NCBI GenBank assembly: GCA_028293825.1
Contig: JAQGNY010000017.1
Coordinates: 18,505-82,504 of the forward strand
Source: Verrucomicrobiaceae bacterium
GTDB lineage: Bacteria > Pseudomonadota > Gammaproteobacteria > Pseudomonadales > CAMLJR01
Length of the DNA stretch: 64,000 nt
Reading direction: 5' to 3'
A program made the translations under genes and the position numbers. Below are positions 55,167 to 64,000 of this stretch, in pieces (position 1 is the stretch's first letter; each line of letters opens with the position of its first letter). The notes below the pieces were generated by a model, which was not told the DNA's origin, did no database searches, and saw only the letters and a list, made by a program, of their open reading frames with translations.

Positions 55167-56489
55167 ATGCCAATATCGAATCAGACAAATTCAGAATCAA
55201 ACGCCACTGCTCTTGCCGCTGCGGCTCAACACGCGGAAGTGGCGCCCGGCGAAATTGCCGTCGGCGTCGTGATCGGGCGAGCCTCCGAGTATTTCGATTT
55301 CTTCGTTTACGGAATCGCTTCGGCCATGGTGTTCCCGACCGTATTTTTCCCGTTTATGGAAAAACTCGACGCCACGCTGTGGTCATTCGCGGTATTCGCG
55401 CTGGCCTTTATTGCACGGCCGATCGGTACTATCAGTTTCATGTGGATTCAACGCCGCTGGGATCGCGGTACCAAATTGACCGCCGCGTTGTTTTTGCTCG
55501 GCACCTGCACCGCCGGCATTGCGTTTCTGCCCGGCTATAACCAAGCCGGCGCGATTTCGATATTGCTGCTGTCGCTATTTCGGATCGGCCAAGGCATTGC
55601 GCTCGGCGGATCGTGGGATGGCTTGCCGTCGCTGCTCGCATTGAATGCGCCGAAGCATCGGCACGGTTGGTACGCGATGCTCGGTCAGCTCGGGGCGCCG
55701 GTCGGTTTTATTATCGCGGCTTCATTATTCGCGTATCTCAATTCCAATTTGTCGCGCGCCGACTTTTTCGATTGGGGCTGGCGCTATCCGTTCTTCGCCG
55801 CGTTTGCGATCAACGTAGTGGCGCTGTTCGCGCGTTTGCGTCTGGTGTTGACACATGAATACGAGCGCGAATTGGACGAGAACGAACTCGAGCCCGCTAG
55901 TGTGTTTGAGTTATTCAGTGCCAAAGGGCGTCACGTCATAATCGGTGCCGCCGCCGCGCTGGCGAGCTATGCGTTGTTCCACATCGTGACGATCTTTCCG
56001 TTGTCGTGGACGCTGCTGTATTCCGATCAGTCGATCAACGAATTTCTCAGCGTGCAGATCTTCGGCGCGGTGCTTTGTGCCGGCGCAATAGTTCTTTCCG
56101 GTGTGATTGCCGATCGTTTCGGTCGCACTCGTACGCTGGCTGCGTTGGCAGCGGCGATCGCAATGTTCAGCGGTTTTGCGCCGACGTTATTGGGTTCGGG
56201 CGCTGTGGGTCGCGATGTATTCGTGCTGGTTGGTTTCGTGCTGCTCTGCCTTTCGTACGGTCAGGCTGCGGGTTCGGTCACTGCCAACTTCGGTTCGAAG
56301 TATCGCTATACCGGCGCAGCGCTGACCTCCGATCTGGCGTGGTTGATTGGCGCGGCGTTCGCGCCTTTGGTGGCGTTGGGCTTGTGCGCACACTTCGGGC
56401 TGGGATTTGTCGGCGTGTATCTATTGTCCGGCGCGGTATGCACGCTCGCGGCGCTCGGTATGAATCAATACTTAAAACTGCAAAGTTAA
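55167..56489 (+). CDS. MFS transporter (metabolite:H+ symporter-like)
   Basis: I trimmed the ORF to MPISNQTNSESN.... The protein has 12 TM segments and shows GRASEYFDFFVYGIASAMVFPTVFFP. It is divergent from cyoA. Confidence 0.85.
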   Translation: MPISNQTNSESNATALAAAAQHAEVAPGEIAVGVVIGRASEYFDFFVYGIASAMVFPTVFFPFMEKLDATLWSFAVFALAFIARPIGTISFMWIQRRWDRGTKLTAALFLLGTCTAGIAFLPGYNQAGAISILLLSLFRIGQGIALGGSWDGLPSLLALNAPKHRHGWYAMLGQLGAPVGFIIAASLFAYLNSNLSRADFFDWGWRYPFFAAFAINVVALFARLRLVLTHEYERELDENELEPASVFELFSAKGRHVIIGAAAALASYALFHIVTIFPLSWTLLYSDQSINEFLSVQIFGAVLCAGAIVLSGVIADRFGRTRTLAALAAAIAMFSGFAPTLLGSGAVGRDVFVLVGFVLLCLSYGQAAGSVTANFGSKYRYTGAALTSDLAWLIGAAFAPLVALGLCAHFGLGFVGVYLLSGAVCTLAALGMNQYLKLQS

Positions 56490-57388
56490 TTGCGCAGGCC
56501 GGCTGCGGCTTCATCCCGCAAACGTTTCGACAAAATCTGCAATGAAACTCTATTAGTCCTCACCTTTAAGTAGGTGAGGGCAATCCATCGCGCTGATCCT
56601 CGTTCCTCAAGCAAAGATTTTTTCAACAAATTAACGTCAGCCGCAAATCATTAATTTGAATTCGTGGTGTCTCCCACGCAACTATTCGTTGAAAATTGCC
56701 GATCGAGATATTTTCGGAACAGCAATTCTCTTTCACGCGCGACGGTTTTCACCACAGTAATTATCGGAATCCCGCAGATATCGAGCATTTCAAACACATC
56801 CTTCAGCGAATATTAAATTTTAATAATATTTACGGGGTTATTTGTTTTTGGTGGCAATACGCGGCGGACGTGTACTTGAGAAGAGAAATGGAAAGCGTCA
56901 GTAAATAGTGAATAGTTAAAGAAAAGCTAGATTATTCGGTGGCTATCTTTGCGAGTGAACGGGAAGCTCATCTGCGTAAACGGGTCACTTCCAACGTCCC
57001 TTTCCAATCAGGCACATTTCGAAATCCATTCAGTGTCGAATTTTTTTGCAAAATATGCGTGCAAAGTCTCAGTACGCTGTTGTATCTTTCGGCTCGATAG
57101 AAGTACGGGTTCACGTAATGTCTTTGCATGAACACCGTACCGGGCGATAAATCAATAATTAGAAAACCGGTGCCAACCTCTGGCATCCAAAGTAAGAAAT
57201 CAAAGAATTAAAGCAAGTCATTTTCCATTGAGCATTTTCGTCACTGAATAGTTTTGCATTGAATAACCTGCCGCAGCAGCGGTATTTAAATGGTGCGGTA
57301 TCGCCGCATAGTGCTTTTAACTGGCGTCAAATTAAAAAAATAACGCAACCATTTGGCGTTGTAGCATTCACCCAGTTGGAAAAAAATT

Positions 57389-57655
57389 ATGAATGTTGTG
57401 ATGATCTATGAAATAGCGGTCGATGGTATGGCTCGCGCGCAAGCTAATTATTTTGTGCATCGTGCCCGCCTCAATGAATTTTATGCGCGCGGTCTGTTGT
57501 TGATGAAAGGCCCGCACGCTAACGCCACCGAGGGTGCGGTCGGCGTATTTACCAGTCGTGAAGCGGCCGAAGAATTTGTAGAAGGCGATCCCTTCGTGGT
57601 CAATGGCGTAGTGGCGCAATGGCGCTTGCGCGAATGGAGTGAGGCGCTCGCCTAA
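57389..57655 (+). CDS. YciI-family protein
   Basis: The 88-aa protein reads FVHRARLNEFYARGLLLMKGPHANATEGAVGVFTSREAAEEFVEGDPFVVNGVVAQWRLREW, which follows the YciI pattern. The antisense ORF 57368..57694 is rejected. Confidence 0.75.
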   Translation: MNVVMIYEIAVDGMARAQANYFVHRARLNEFYARGLLLMKGPHANATEGAVGVFTSREAAEEFVEGDPFVVNGVVAQWRLREWSEALA

Positions 57656-58360
57656 TTCACTCGCGTGTCGAGATTGGTTGTTCCCAAAAAGCACGGCGAT
57701 AACAGTTGTATCTTGTTGTCGCGTGCATTTTTAGCGGATTCATTTCGTCTGATTTTGATTTGAATCGGTTGTGTTTTTAGTGCTCGCTTAGTGCAAACCA
57801 CCTCGTTTTTTCGTGCCGAATAAGTTCTTCTCCCGAAGTGCTGTTTTATCTGTATCCCCCTGTCTGTATATGCCTGTGCCAGCGTTGCCGATGCTCGTTA
57901 GCTAAAACCGCGACACCCCTCTGAAAATCGCGATTGCAATCGTTTGCGGTCAGCTTGTCGCCATATTGCAGTTATCTCCGATTTTTTGAGAGTGCATTCT
58001 GCCGCAATAGGATTTATCGAAAAAACAAATGATTAAAGAATAATTCATGACATACAACATGCTGAAGCTCGGCATGGTGGATGAGGTTATGGTGAATTCT
58101 CCACACTCATTACTAAGCCATTGGTTTTTAATTGGCATGCAATCTAGCTAATCCACCATCAGTAGGTAAAATAATTCACAGATTGTTTGTGTAAATAGGT
58201 CACATGCCTATATCTTCATCGGCATACAATGCCGCCCTATTATTCCAAACTGCACGGTCAACGTAGCAATTCTTTTGCGATACTCTTTAGAGTTTATAAA
58301 AATCGTATACGTATAAATACATTCTCGCGGTCATCGCGAAACCAGAAGAGAGCGCATTTT

Positions 58361-59008
58361 ATGCAGTTTTCCGATCTAAGGATTTCGAGCTCCACACGGA
58401 TGCAGTTAAACATCACCGGTCCAGACTACAAACAGCAGACTATTGCTGCTCAGTTTTTGGGTTATCGTCCTGGCATTACATTGCTTGCTTATGTATTAAA
58501 AAAACCTTTAATCGCCATCCAGCGCGAATCAAAAGTGTCCGTGCGAATCGGTTTGCAAAGTGCAATTATTCAATTCGACTCAGTGATCGAACATATTTTC
58601 GAACAGCCCTTTTTCTATATGCATTTGCGCTATCCGCCGTCGGTCGTGGTCGAGCAGCAATTGCGCCAGAGTCCGCGTTTCGATTTGGATACGCCGCTTA
58701 AGGCCAGCGCGGAAGGAGCGGTGGGACGTGTTGAAGTTTCTGGGCGACTGCTCGATATAAGTTCGAATGGCGCGCGTATCGCTTTTAAAGAGCAATTGTT
58801 TGCTGAAAAAGTGACGTTATCGTCGATGGTTTTTGTGGTCGGCATGGAGCAGGAGCTCAATGTAATCGCAACCGTAAAAAGCGTAGCTTCAACGGCTGAT
58901 AGTGCGGCTGAGTTTGTTTATGGCGCGCGTTTTATCGATGTGTCGCCAGCACAAAAATTATTGTTGCAGGCCCTGTGCTATGAATTGCAGGCAGCGACAC
59001 CGTCATGA
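58361..59008 (+). CDS. PilZ domain c-di-GMP-binding protein (YcgR-like two-domain layout)
   Basis: I trimmed the ORF to MQFSDLRISS.... It has the PilZ motifs RQSPR (RxxxR) and DISSNGARI (DxSxxG). Confidence 0.75.
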   Translation: MQFSDLRISSSTRMQLNITGPDYKQQTIAAQFLGYRPGITLLAYVLKKPLIAIQRESKVSVRIGLQSAIIQFDSVIEHIFEQPFFYMHLRYPPSVVVEQQLRQSPRFDLDTPLKASAEGAVGRVEVSGRLLDISSNGARIAFKEQLFAEKVTLSSMVFVVGMEQELNVIATVKSVASTADSAAEFVYGARFIDVSPAQKLLLQALCYELQAATPS

Positions 59009-59253
59009 GTTTTTCGTGATAAGTGATTTAAGCCCGCATTATAAATTTCACTTAAGCGATCACGTCACATTAAAATGGCGGCATCCATCATTTTTACAAA
59101 AATTTCATTTCAGCAGTACCGCAGGCTGCACTTATAATGACCACCACCACGTGGTAATTATCGATACTTGTAATACCAGCGTTTCATACTCGCGGCATCT
59201 TGCAAAATCACAATGGCACCATTTTTATTTTTTTATTAAGGATTTTTAAATTT

Positions 59254-59493
59254 ATGCGCTCTATAGAAAGCTGCTGGGAATACTTATGCAGTGCTACATC
59301 GGACCAAGTCATTGTGGCATTGGGTGGTAAGGCTTACGACATCATGCCGATAACACCAAAAAGTCGCGGAGAGAGTTTTCTCGAAACCAGTCCCGATCGT
59401 ATCGTCGGTGTCTATTCGCCCGGTACTGAATTGTCTTTCATTCTGGATGATGTGGAAGTGTTGGAAGGTGTCAGCTCGTCATTCCGCAAATAA
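59254..59493 (+). CDS. Hypothetical protein (79 aa)
   Basis: The ATG at 59254 has AAGGA about 11 nt upstream. The sequence begins MRSIESCWEYLCSATSDQVIVALGGKAYDIMP.... I recognise no family. Confidence 0.35.
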   Translation: MRSIESCWEYLCSATSDQVIVALGGKAYDIMPITPKSRGESFLETSPDRIVGVYSPGTELSFILDDVEVLEGVSSSFRK

Positions 59494-59539
59494 GTGCGCA
59501 TGTTCATGAAATAATTGAGCGCACAATTTCGAGTTTTAA

Positions 59540-60085
59540 TTACGAAACCGATACGTAACTATTGTTGCGAATATAAAAACGCAGCAGTCGTCGCGCCCAA
59601 TGGCCGGCGTAGTGAACGCCTACACGGGGGCGTTTCACAATACGAAATGATTGTTCCGCTCCTTCGCAAATAAAAAGCTCCGGTGATATCAGATCGTGCG
59701 CGTACTGTTTTTTATCGATTTGCATCGCCTTGCACAGCAAGCCCGGTCCGTTTGTTTTCAACGCAATATTTTTAACCGGTTCTAGCGCGCGAATTAAAAT
59801 CCCAGAGCCGTTTCCTGTCACCACATTCATGCAGTGATGCATTCCGTAAATAAGATAAATATAAGCATGCCCCGGCGGGCCAAACAAAGCTGCTGTTCTT
59901 GCGGTTAGACCTTTGCTGGAATGTGCGGCAGCATCATGCGGGCCGAGATAGGCCTCAACTTCGACAATCCGACCTACGCGTTCGATACCGTCGATGACAT
60001 GCACGAGATATTTGCCAAGCAGGCTTTGCGCCACCTCGACAACATCGCGCTGGTAAAAACTGCGTTCAAGTGGCGTCCACGACAT
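59540..60085 (-). CDS. DNA-3-methyladenine glycosylase (Mpg/AAG family)
   Basis: The sequence is PLERSFYQRDVVEVAQSLLGKYLVH...GRIVEVEAYLGPHDAAAHS...AYIYLIYGMHHCMNVV...LIRALEP. I chose the ATG at 60085 because GGAG lies about 11 nt upstream. The alternative is a GTG at 60133. Confidence 0.85.
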   Translation of the reverse strand: MSWTPLERSFYQRDVVEVAQSLLGKYLVHVIDGIERVGRIVEVEAYLGPHDAAAHSSKGLTARTAALFGPPGHAYIYLIYGMHHCMNVVTGNGSGILIRALEPVKNIALKTNGPGLLCKAMQIDKKQYAHDLISPELFICEGAEQSFRIVKRPRVGVHYAGHWARRLLRFYIRNNSYVSVS

Positions 60086-60395
60086 GCCGATTATTTCTCC
60101 ATTCTGTTTTTCGAGCACAGTGAACCTGTGCACAGCGCTTGCTTAGTTGTTGTTTCGTGTATCTGAATGCGCGCGAATTTTAGAAGTATTTTAAATTAAC
60201 CAGGCTGATATTGCCGACGCAGTCGTAAGCGCCGAAAAGAAAGATTTATTTCCAGGGGCTTTCTGGTTTACGTCCAAAGTTTTGTTCGACCCATAAACAG
60301 CCGCGCCAACGCTAAATAATTCCGAATACTTTTTACAGCGGGAAGCGCTGTGTAACGTACCGCCGACACATAAAAATAATGTCGGGAGTACTAAA

Positions 60396-62810
60396 ATGGA
60401 AGGCACTCGGAAGCGCTCTAAGCGCAGCCTATGCGTGGCTATAGCGGCATTATCGCTGCTTGAAACTGGAACCGCTTTAAGTCAGGAAGCTCCCGTCGCG
60501 CGAGCTGCTCCTACCACTTCCGCAAAACTGGAAGAGGTTTTTGTTACTGCGCGTCGACGCGAGGAAAATGCGCAGACTGTGCCGATTTCTATCAGCGCAT
60601 TCAGCGAGGCGGAATTACAGCGCCATGCATTTAACGGTACGGCGGAACTGACGCAATTGACACCCGGGTTACGTTTTGTCTCGGCCGGCGGTGGCAACAA
60701 TACGTCGATCCAATTGCGCGGTCAGTCGCGGTTACCAATAGGTGAAAGTCCCGGCGCGGTGGCGGTTTATTTCAACGAGGTGCCGCTGCAGAACGAAGCG
60801 CAATTGGTGCCGACCTTCGACATTGCCAATATTCAGGTGTTGAAAGGGCCGCAAGGCACGTTGTTTGGCCGCAATACTACTGCCGGTGCTGTACTGATTA
60901 CGCCGAAAGAACCCGGCTTTAAAACCGAAGGCTACGCCAATGTCGGCTTCGGCAATTATGGATTTAAAAATTACGAAGGCGGCGTGACATTACCTTTAGT
61001 CGACGAGCGGCTGTCGCTGCGGCTTGCCGGGCAAATTCGGCGTCAGGACGGTTACACCAAGAATTTATCAGGTGGCGGTGATTTCGACGATTCCCACAAC
61101 AATAGCCTGCGCGCCACGCTGTTATGGAATGTCACCGATACGATATCGAACCTAACCATGGTCGATTCCTTTAAAGAAGATATCGCCGGCGCGGCGGCAT
61201 TTTTTATTCGCGTTTATCCGACTGGTATTTTACGCAATCCATTTTTCGCGAGCGTTGCCGATTGCAGTCAAGGCGGGCCGTTCAATCCGGTACCTTGCAG
61301 CGGTTTTAATCCGGGGCGCGATCTCGACGATGCATTCGCGCAGCAACAAGCGCACGACCGCGCCGCTGCCTACAACACGCCGCTGTCGCAGCGTCGCGAT
61401 ATCTTCGGCATCACCAATCGTTCTACGTTTCAGTTCGGCGATTTCACACTGAAAAATATTTTGGGTTATCGCACTACCGATGTGAAATTAGTGTCCGATG
61501 GCGATGCGTCATTGCTGCCGCAAGTGCTGGAAACACGGCAATTTCAAAGCAATAAACAATACAGCGATGAATTGCAGTTGCAGGGAAAATTGTCCGATAA
61601 CATCAACTTCACCGTCGGTGCATTTTATCTGCGCTCAACACCGAATAAGACGGCCGGGCAACGTTCCGATAGTTTCTTTCAACAAGGAACATGGGGCAGC
61701 GAGTATTACCATTCGACCACCAAAGCCGCGTTTGGACAGGCCGATTTTAATCTCGGCGATTTAGTCGAAGGTTTATCGCTGACGGCCGGCGCGCGTTACA
61801 CCTGGGATCGCATTGAGCTGTGTTCGCTCAGCTCGCCCGGTAATACGCTTGATCCCGCGGTGTCGCCATCGGGCTGCGATTCTTACGCTGGCACGCCGCC
61901 GGCATTTCCCGCTTCAAGCCAAATCAATAGCGAAAGCAAAGCGCCGACCTGGACGTTGTCGCTCAATTATCAAATCAACGATTCGGTATTTGCCTATCTG
62001 ACTAATCGCCGCGGTTATCGGCAAGGCGGAAACAACGGTCGTCGTTTCGCGACGCCGGGTACCACGCAAAATCCGCCGTGTCCTGCATTGGGCGATCTGT
62101 GCCGCGATATTCGCCGCTACCAATCCTACGATCCTGAGTACGTCACCGATTACGAGCTGGGCACCAAAGTCGATTGGAAAATTGGTGACGTAGGCGGTCG
62201 CTTCAATATCGATGTGTTCCGCAGTCAGTATTCGGATTTGCAATCGGTGGGATTGGTGAACGGGTTGATTTCGCCGGCCGATCCGGGCCTGCCGCCGTTT
62301 GGCGTGATCATCTACAACGGCGGCAAAATTACCGTGACTGGCGTGGATCTCGAAGCCATGGTCGCGTTAACGCCGAACCTGCAACTCAGCGTCAACGGCA
62401 GCTATTTTCACGCCAAGCAGGATTCAATCGGTTCGCTGCAAATCGACGGCGTAACGCCGGGCACATCGATTATCGGCACCAGCCCGAAATGGAGCTACAA
62501 CGCCGATGTGCGTTACATCTTGCCAGTAGCGCCAGCGCAAACGCAGCTGGCGGTCAGCGCCAATTACTTCTGGCAGGACACGGTGGGGCCGAATCCCGAT
62601 CAACGTTTGGACTCTTATGGCTTGTTGGGCGGACGACTTGAAGCGAATGAAATTGCCGGTTCCAAAGTCAGTGTCGGCTTCTATATTAAGAACGCGTTGA
62701 ACAAAGAGTATTACTACGCGTTCGCCAACGGCGTGCCGGACTTCGGTTTTGTCAGTGGCTTTCGCGGTCCGCCGCGCACTTATGGCATTGATGCGACTTT
62801 TCGCTTTTGA
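60396..62810 (+). CDS. TonB-dependent receptor
   Basis: A signal peptide is followed by the plug region LEEVFVTARRREENAQTVPISISAF...VLKGPQGTLFGRNTTAG. A beta-barrel follows and ends in ...YGIDATFRF (terminal Phe). Confidence 0.9.
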   Translation: MEGTRKRSKRSLCVAIAALSLLETGTALSQEAPVARAAPTTSAKLEEVFVTARRREENAQTVPISISAFSEAELQRHAFNGTAELTQLTPGLRFVSAGGGNNTSIQLRGQSRLPIGESPGAVAVYFNEVPLQNEAQLVPTFDIANIQVLKGPQGTLFGRNTTAGAVLITPKEPGFKTEGYANVGFGNYGFKNYEGGVTLPLVDERLSLRLAGQIRRQDGYTKNLSGGGDFDDSHNNSLRATLLWNVTDTISNLTMVDSFKEDIAGAAAFFIRVYPTGILRNPFFASVADCSQGGPFNPVPCSGFNPGRDLDDAFAQQQAHDRAAAYNTPLSQRRDIFGITNRSTFQFGDFTLKNILGYRTTDVKLVSDGDASLLPQVLETRQFQSNKQYSDELQLQGKLSDNINFTVGAFYLRSTPNKTAGQRSDSFFQQGTWGSEYYHSTTKAAFGQADFNLGDLVEGLSLTAGARYTWDRIELCSLSSPGNTLDPAVSPSGCDSYAGTPPAFPASSQINSESKAPTWTLSLNYQINDSVFAYLTNRRGYRQGGNNGRRFATPGTTQNPPCPALGDLCRDIRRYQSYDPEYVTDYELGTKVDWKIGDVGGRFNIDVFRSQYSDLQSVGLVNGLISPADPGLPPFGVIIYNGGKITVTGVDLEAMVALTPNLQLSVNGSYFHAKQDSIGSLQIDGVTPGTSIIGTSPKWSYNADVRYILPVAPAQTQLAVSANYFWQDTVGPNPDQRLDSYGLLGGRLEANEIAGSKVSVGFYIKNALNKEYYYAFANGVPDFGFVSGFRGPPRTYGIDATFRF

Positions 62811-62972
62811 TCGCTAGCCGTAATTGATTTTTTTATTAGCGCCGGTGCAGTCGCCGGCATTAAATCCAGCGCAGATAAATACATGAACAATTAATACAAC
62901 AAATAATCACACAACCAATAAACCACATCATCAATCAAATAGAACACTAACCATAACAAGAGGAAAGCAACG

Positions 62973-63374
62973 ATGTTAGCAATGCGAATTTGGCACGCGG
63001 TGATGGCAATTCTGACGTTCGCCGTTATCTCGCCTTACTTCTTTCAAATCGAGAAAATGATGGCGCGACTGCAACTGGCGCCAGTTGGCCCATTGGGTGA
63101 GGGCAATGTGTTGATTGCGTCCGCGCTGCAGGGCATATCGGTGGGTTTGTATTGCCTGTGGGGAGCGATCGATGCACGGCGAGCAGAGGAGGCGTTGCGT
63201 TTTCTAGTGCTTTATATGGCGTGTATTTGCGTGGGACGGGCGATGGCTGCGACGCCTTATCTACCGGATTTGACATCGACGCCAGTAATTGTTTTTTCGA
63301 TCGATTTCGCCATTACGATTTTCAGTGCGGCATTGCTTTATCGCTATCAGCGGTCATTGGCAAAAACAATTTGA
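62973..63374 (+). CDS. Hypothetical 4-TM membrane protein
   Basis: AGAGGAAAG lies about 7 nt upstream of the ATG. The protein is 133 aa with four hydrophobic segments. I recognise no family with confidence. Confidence 0.55.
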   Translation: MLAMRIWHAVMAILTFAVISPYFFQIEKMMARLQLAPVGPLGEGNVLIASALQGISVGLYCLWGAIDARRAEEALRFLVLYMACICVGRAMAATPYLPDLTSTPVIVFSIDFAITIFSAALLYRYQRSLAKTI

Positions 63375-63440
63375 ATGGCTAGGCGAGGAGTGGCGCACGA
63401 GCCACTCTCGCTGTGCAATAAGCACGGATTTATCGAGCAG

Positions 63441-64000
63441 TTAAACCTGCATCAAATTGAGTTGCTCGAACAACGCCATGCGCCGCGCAAAAATTTGACC
63501 GGCCGCAGCGGCGTCGCGGTCGGCGATTGCGCGCAGTCTGTCGAGATGAGAGTCGTGCAGTTGTCGCATTGCCGCTGCGCTTGCGTTGAACCCGTTGCTG
63601 AGAAAGCGCGTGTTGTAAGCAGCCAATGCGCGCATCAGGAATTCCAGCGGGCGATTGCGCATGGCTTTCCATTCGATATCGAAACAGCTCATCGTGGCGT
63701 TGCCGCAAAACTGTGGAATACCTTGCGCGGTCAGCGACAGAAAACGTTGATCATCGAGTGCCGACCAGCGTTCGCACGCAAGCTTGGTAGTGACTTCGTA
63801 CAGAGCGTGCGAAAACGCCAACTCGTCCTGATGCAGGCTGCTATCGCTGGACAAGTAACCGGCGACAATATCGATGGCGCGGCCGGGATCGGGCTTGCGT
63901 GCGAGCACGCCACCGCTGCGCCCGCGTCGCGCCATGCTGATGCCATCGGCTTCCAAAATACATAACGCCTGCCGCAATACTGCGCGGCTGACGACATAGC
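63441..64000 (-). CDS. GntR-family regulator, FadR/FCD subfamily (partial; 5' end beyond right edge)
   Basis: The frame stays open to the window edge. Hand translation gives ...YVVSRAVLRQALCILEADGISMARRGRSGGVLA (the end of a GntR wHTH). An all-helical FCD-like domain follows. Confidence 0.8.
   Translation of the reverse strand, partial: YVVSRAVLRQALCILEADGISMARRGRSGGVLARKPDPGRAIDIVAGYLSSDSSLHQDELAFSHALYEVTTKLACERWSALDDQRFLSLTAQGIPQFCGNATMSCFDIEWKAMRNRPLEFLMRALAAYNTRFLSNGFNASAAAMRQLHDSHLDRLRAIADRDAAAAGQIFARRMALFEQLNLMQV

Noticed and set aside
56696-57186. Orphan ORFs at 56696-56908 (+), 56949-57131 (+) and 56968-57186 (-)
   Set aside because: They have no SD sequences, use non-ATG or weak starts, overlap one another, show no recognisable motifs, and lie in an A/T-rich context. 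I cannot support any of them as genes.
57334-57694. A 108-aa minus-strand ORF (57368-57694), plus a minus-strand terminator-like hairpin with a T-run (AACGCCAAATGGTTGCGTT-ATTTTTTT, complement of 57334-57360)
   Set aside because: The plus-strand frame in the same region encodes a convincing YciI-family protein, whereas the minus-strand product has no recognisable features. The hairpin stem is only about 5 bp with a bulge. It could still terminate antisense transcription, but I cannot support a gene.
60335-60388. Two hairpins upstream of the TonB-dependent receptor gene, examined as a possible riboswitch (for example cobalamin). They are ACAGCG-ggaag-CGCTGT and CCGACA-(11 nt)-TGTCGG, and the second partly covers the GGGAG SD.
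   Set aside because: I recognise no B12-box or other riboswitch core consensus. The stems are only 6 bp. They are probably ordinary leader structure.
63375-63965. A 196-aa plus-strand ORF at the right edge
   Set aside because: It is antisense to the GntR/FCD regulator frame, which has a clear wHTH continuing to the window edge. Its product shows no motifs.
1-64000. A window-wide look for mobile elements (transposase, integrase, IS inverted repeats, phage genes), rRNA and tRNA
   Set aside because: No ORF shows DDE-transposase, tyrosine- or serine-recombinase, or phage structural motifs. I recognised no rRNA or tRNA sequence signatures. The only hints of past rearrangement are the ligase-gene relic (33806-33886) and the A/T-rich gene-poor stretches.

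Overview
This is a 64-kb chromosomal segment with proteobacterial gene content: FNR/ANR, CsrA, YebG with a LexA box, DusC, cyoABCD and a RegB/RegA-type two-component system. All calls come from hand reading of the sequence and the ORF track. Family names are recollection of conserved motifs, not database hits. I support about 58 protein-coding genes, two of them partial at the window edges, plus one frameshifted gene and one short gene relic. I found no rRNA, tRNA, CRISPR array, transposase or integrase.

Main blocks:
- 1-6.9 kb: a GntR-headed minus-strand operon with an AprA-like flavoprotein, a small 2x[4Fe-4S] ferredoxin, a NitT/TauT-type ABC importer and a HEAT-repeat protein.
- 9-12.9 kb: a Planctomycete-style DUF1549/DUF1553 plus DUF1501 pair, with the DUF1501 gene frameshifted.
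- 15.3-19.7 kb: a 1215-aa GAF/PAS/GGDEF/EAL protein next to csrA.
- 23.8-28.5 kb: an OMF-EmrA-EmrB efflux operon whose adaptor carries a ~113-aa charged N-terminal extension.
- 38.1-41.2 kb: fnr and hemN with three near-perfect FNR boxes.
- 41.3-44.7 kb: four tandem 18-bp repeats, then P450, a two-domain extradiol-type dioxygenase, a stand-alone C39-like peptidase and a VOC protein.
- 44.9-48.1 kb: an HD-GYP protein and a chemoreceptor.
- 48.3-55.0 kb: cyoABCD-SURF1-regB-regA on one strand, with no cyoE.
- 56.5-59.5 kb: a visibly A/T-rich, gene-poor stretch with YciI-like and PilZ genes.
- 60.4-62.8 kb: a TonB-dependent receptor.

I see no clear-cut new system. The best candidates for follow-up are the AprAB-like/ABC/HEAT operon, the PVC-type DUF1549-1553/DUF1501 pair in a proteobacterial context, and the repeat-preceded P450/dioxygenase/C39 cluster.
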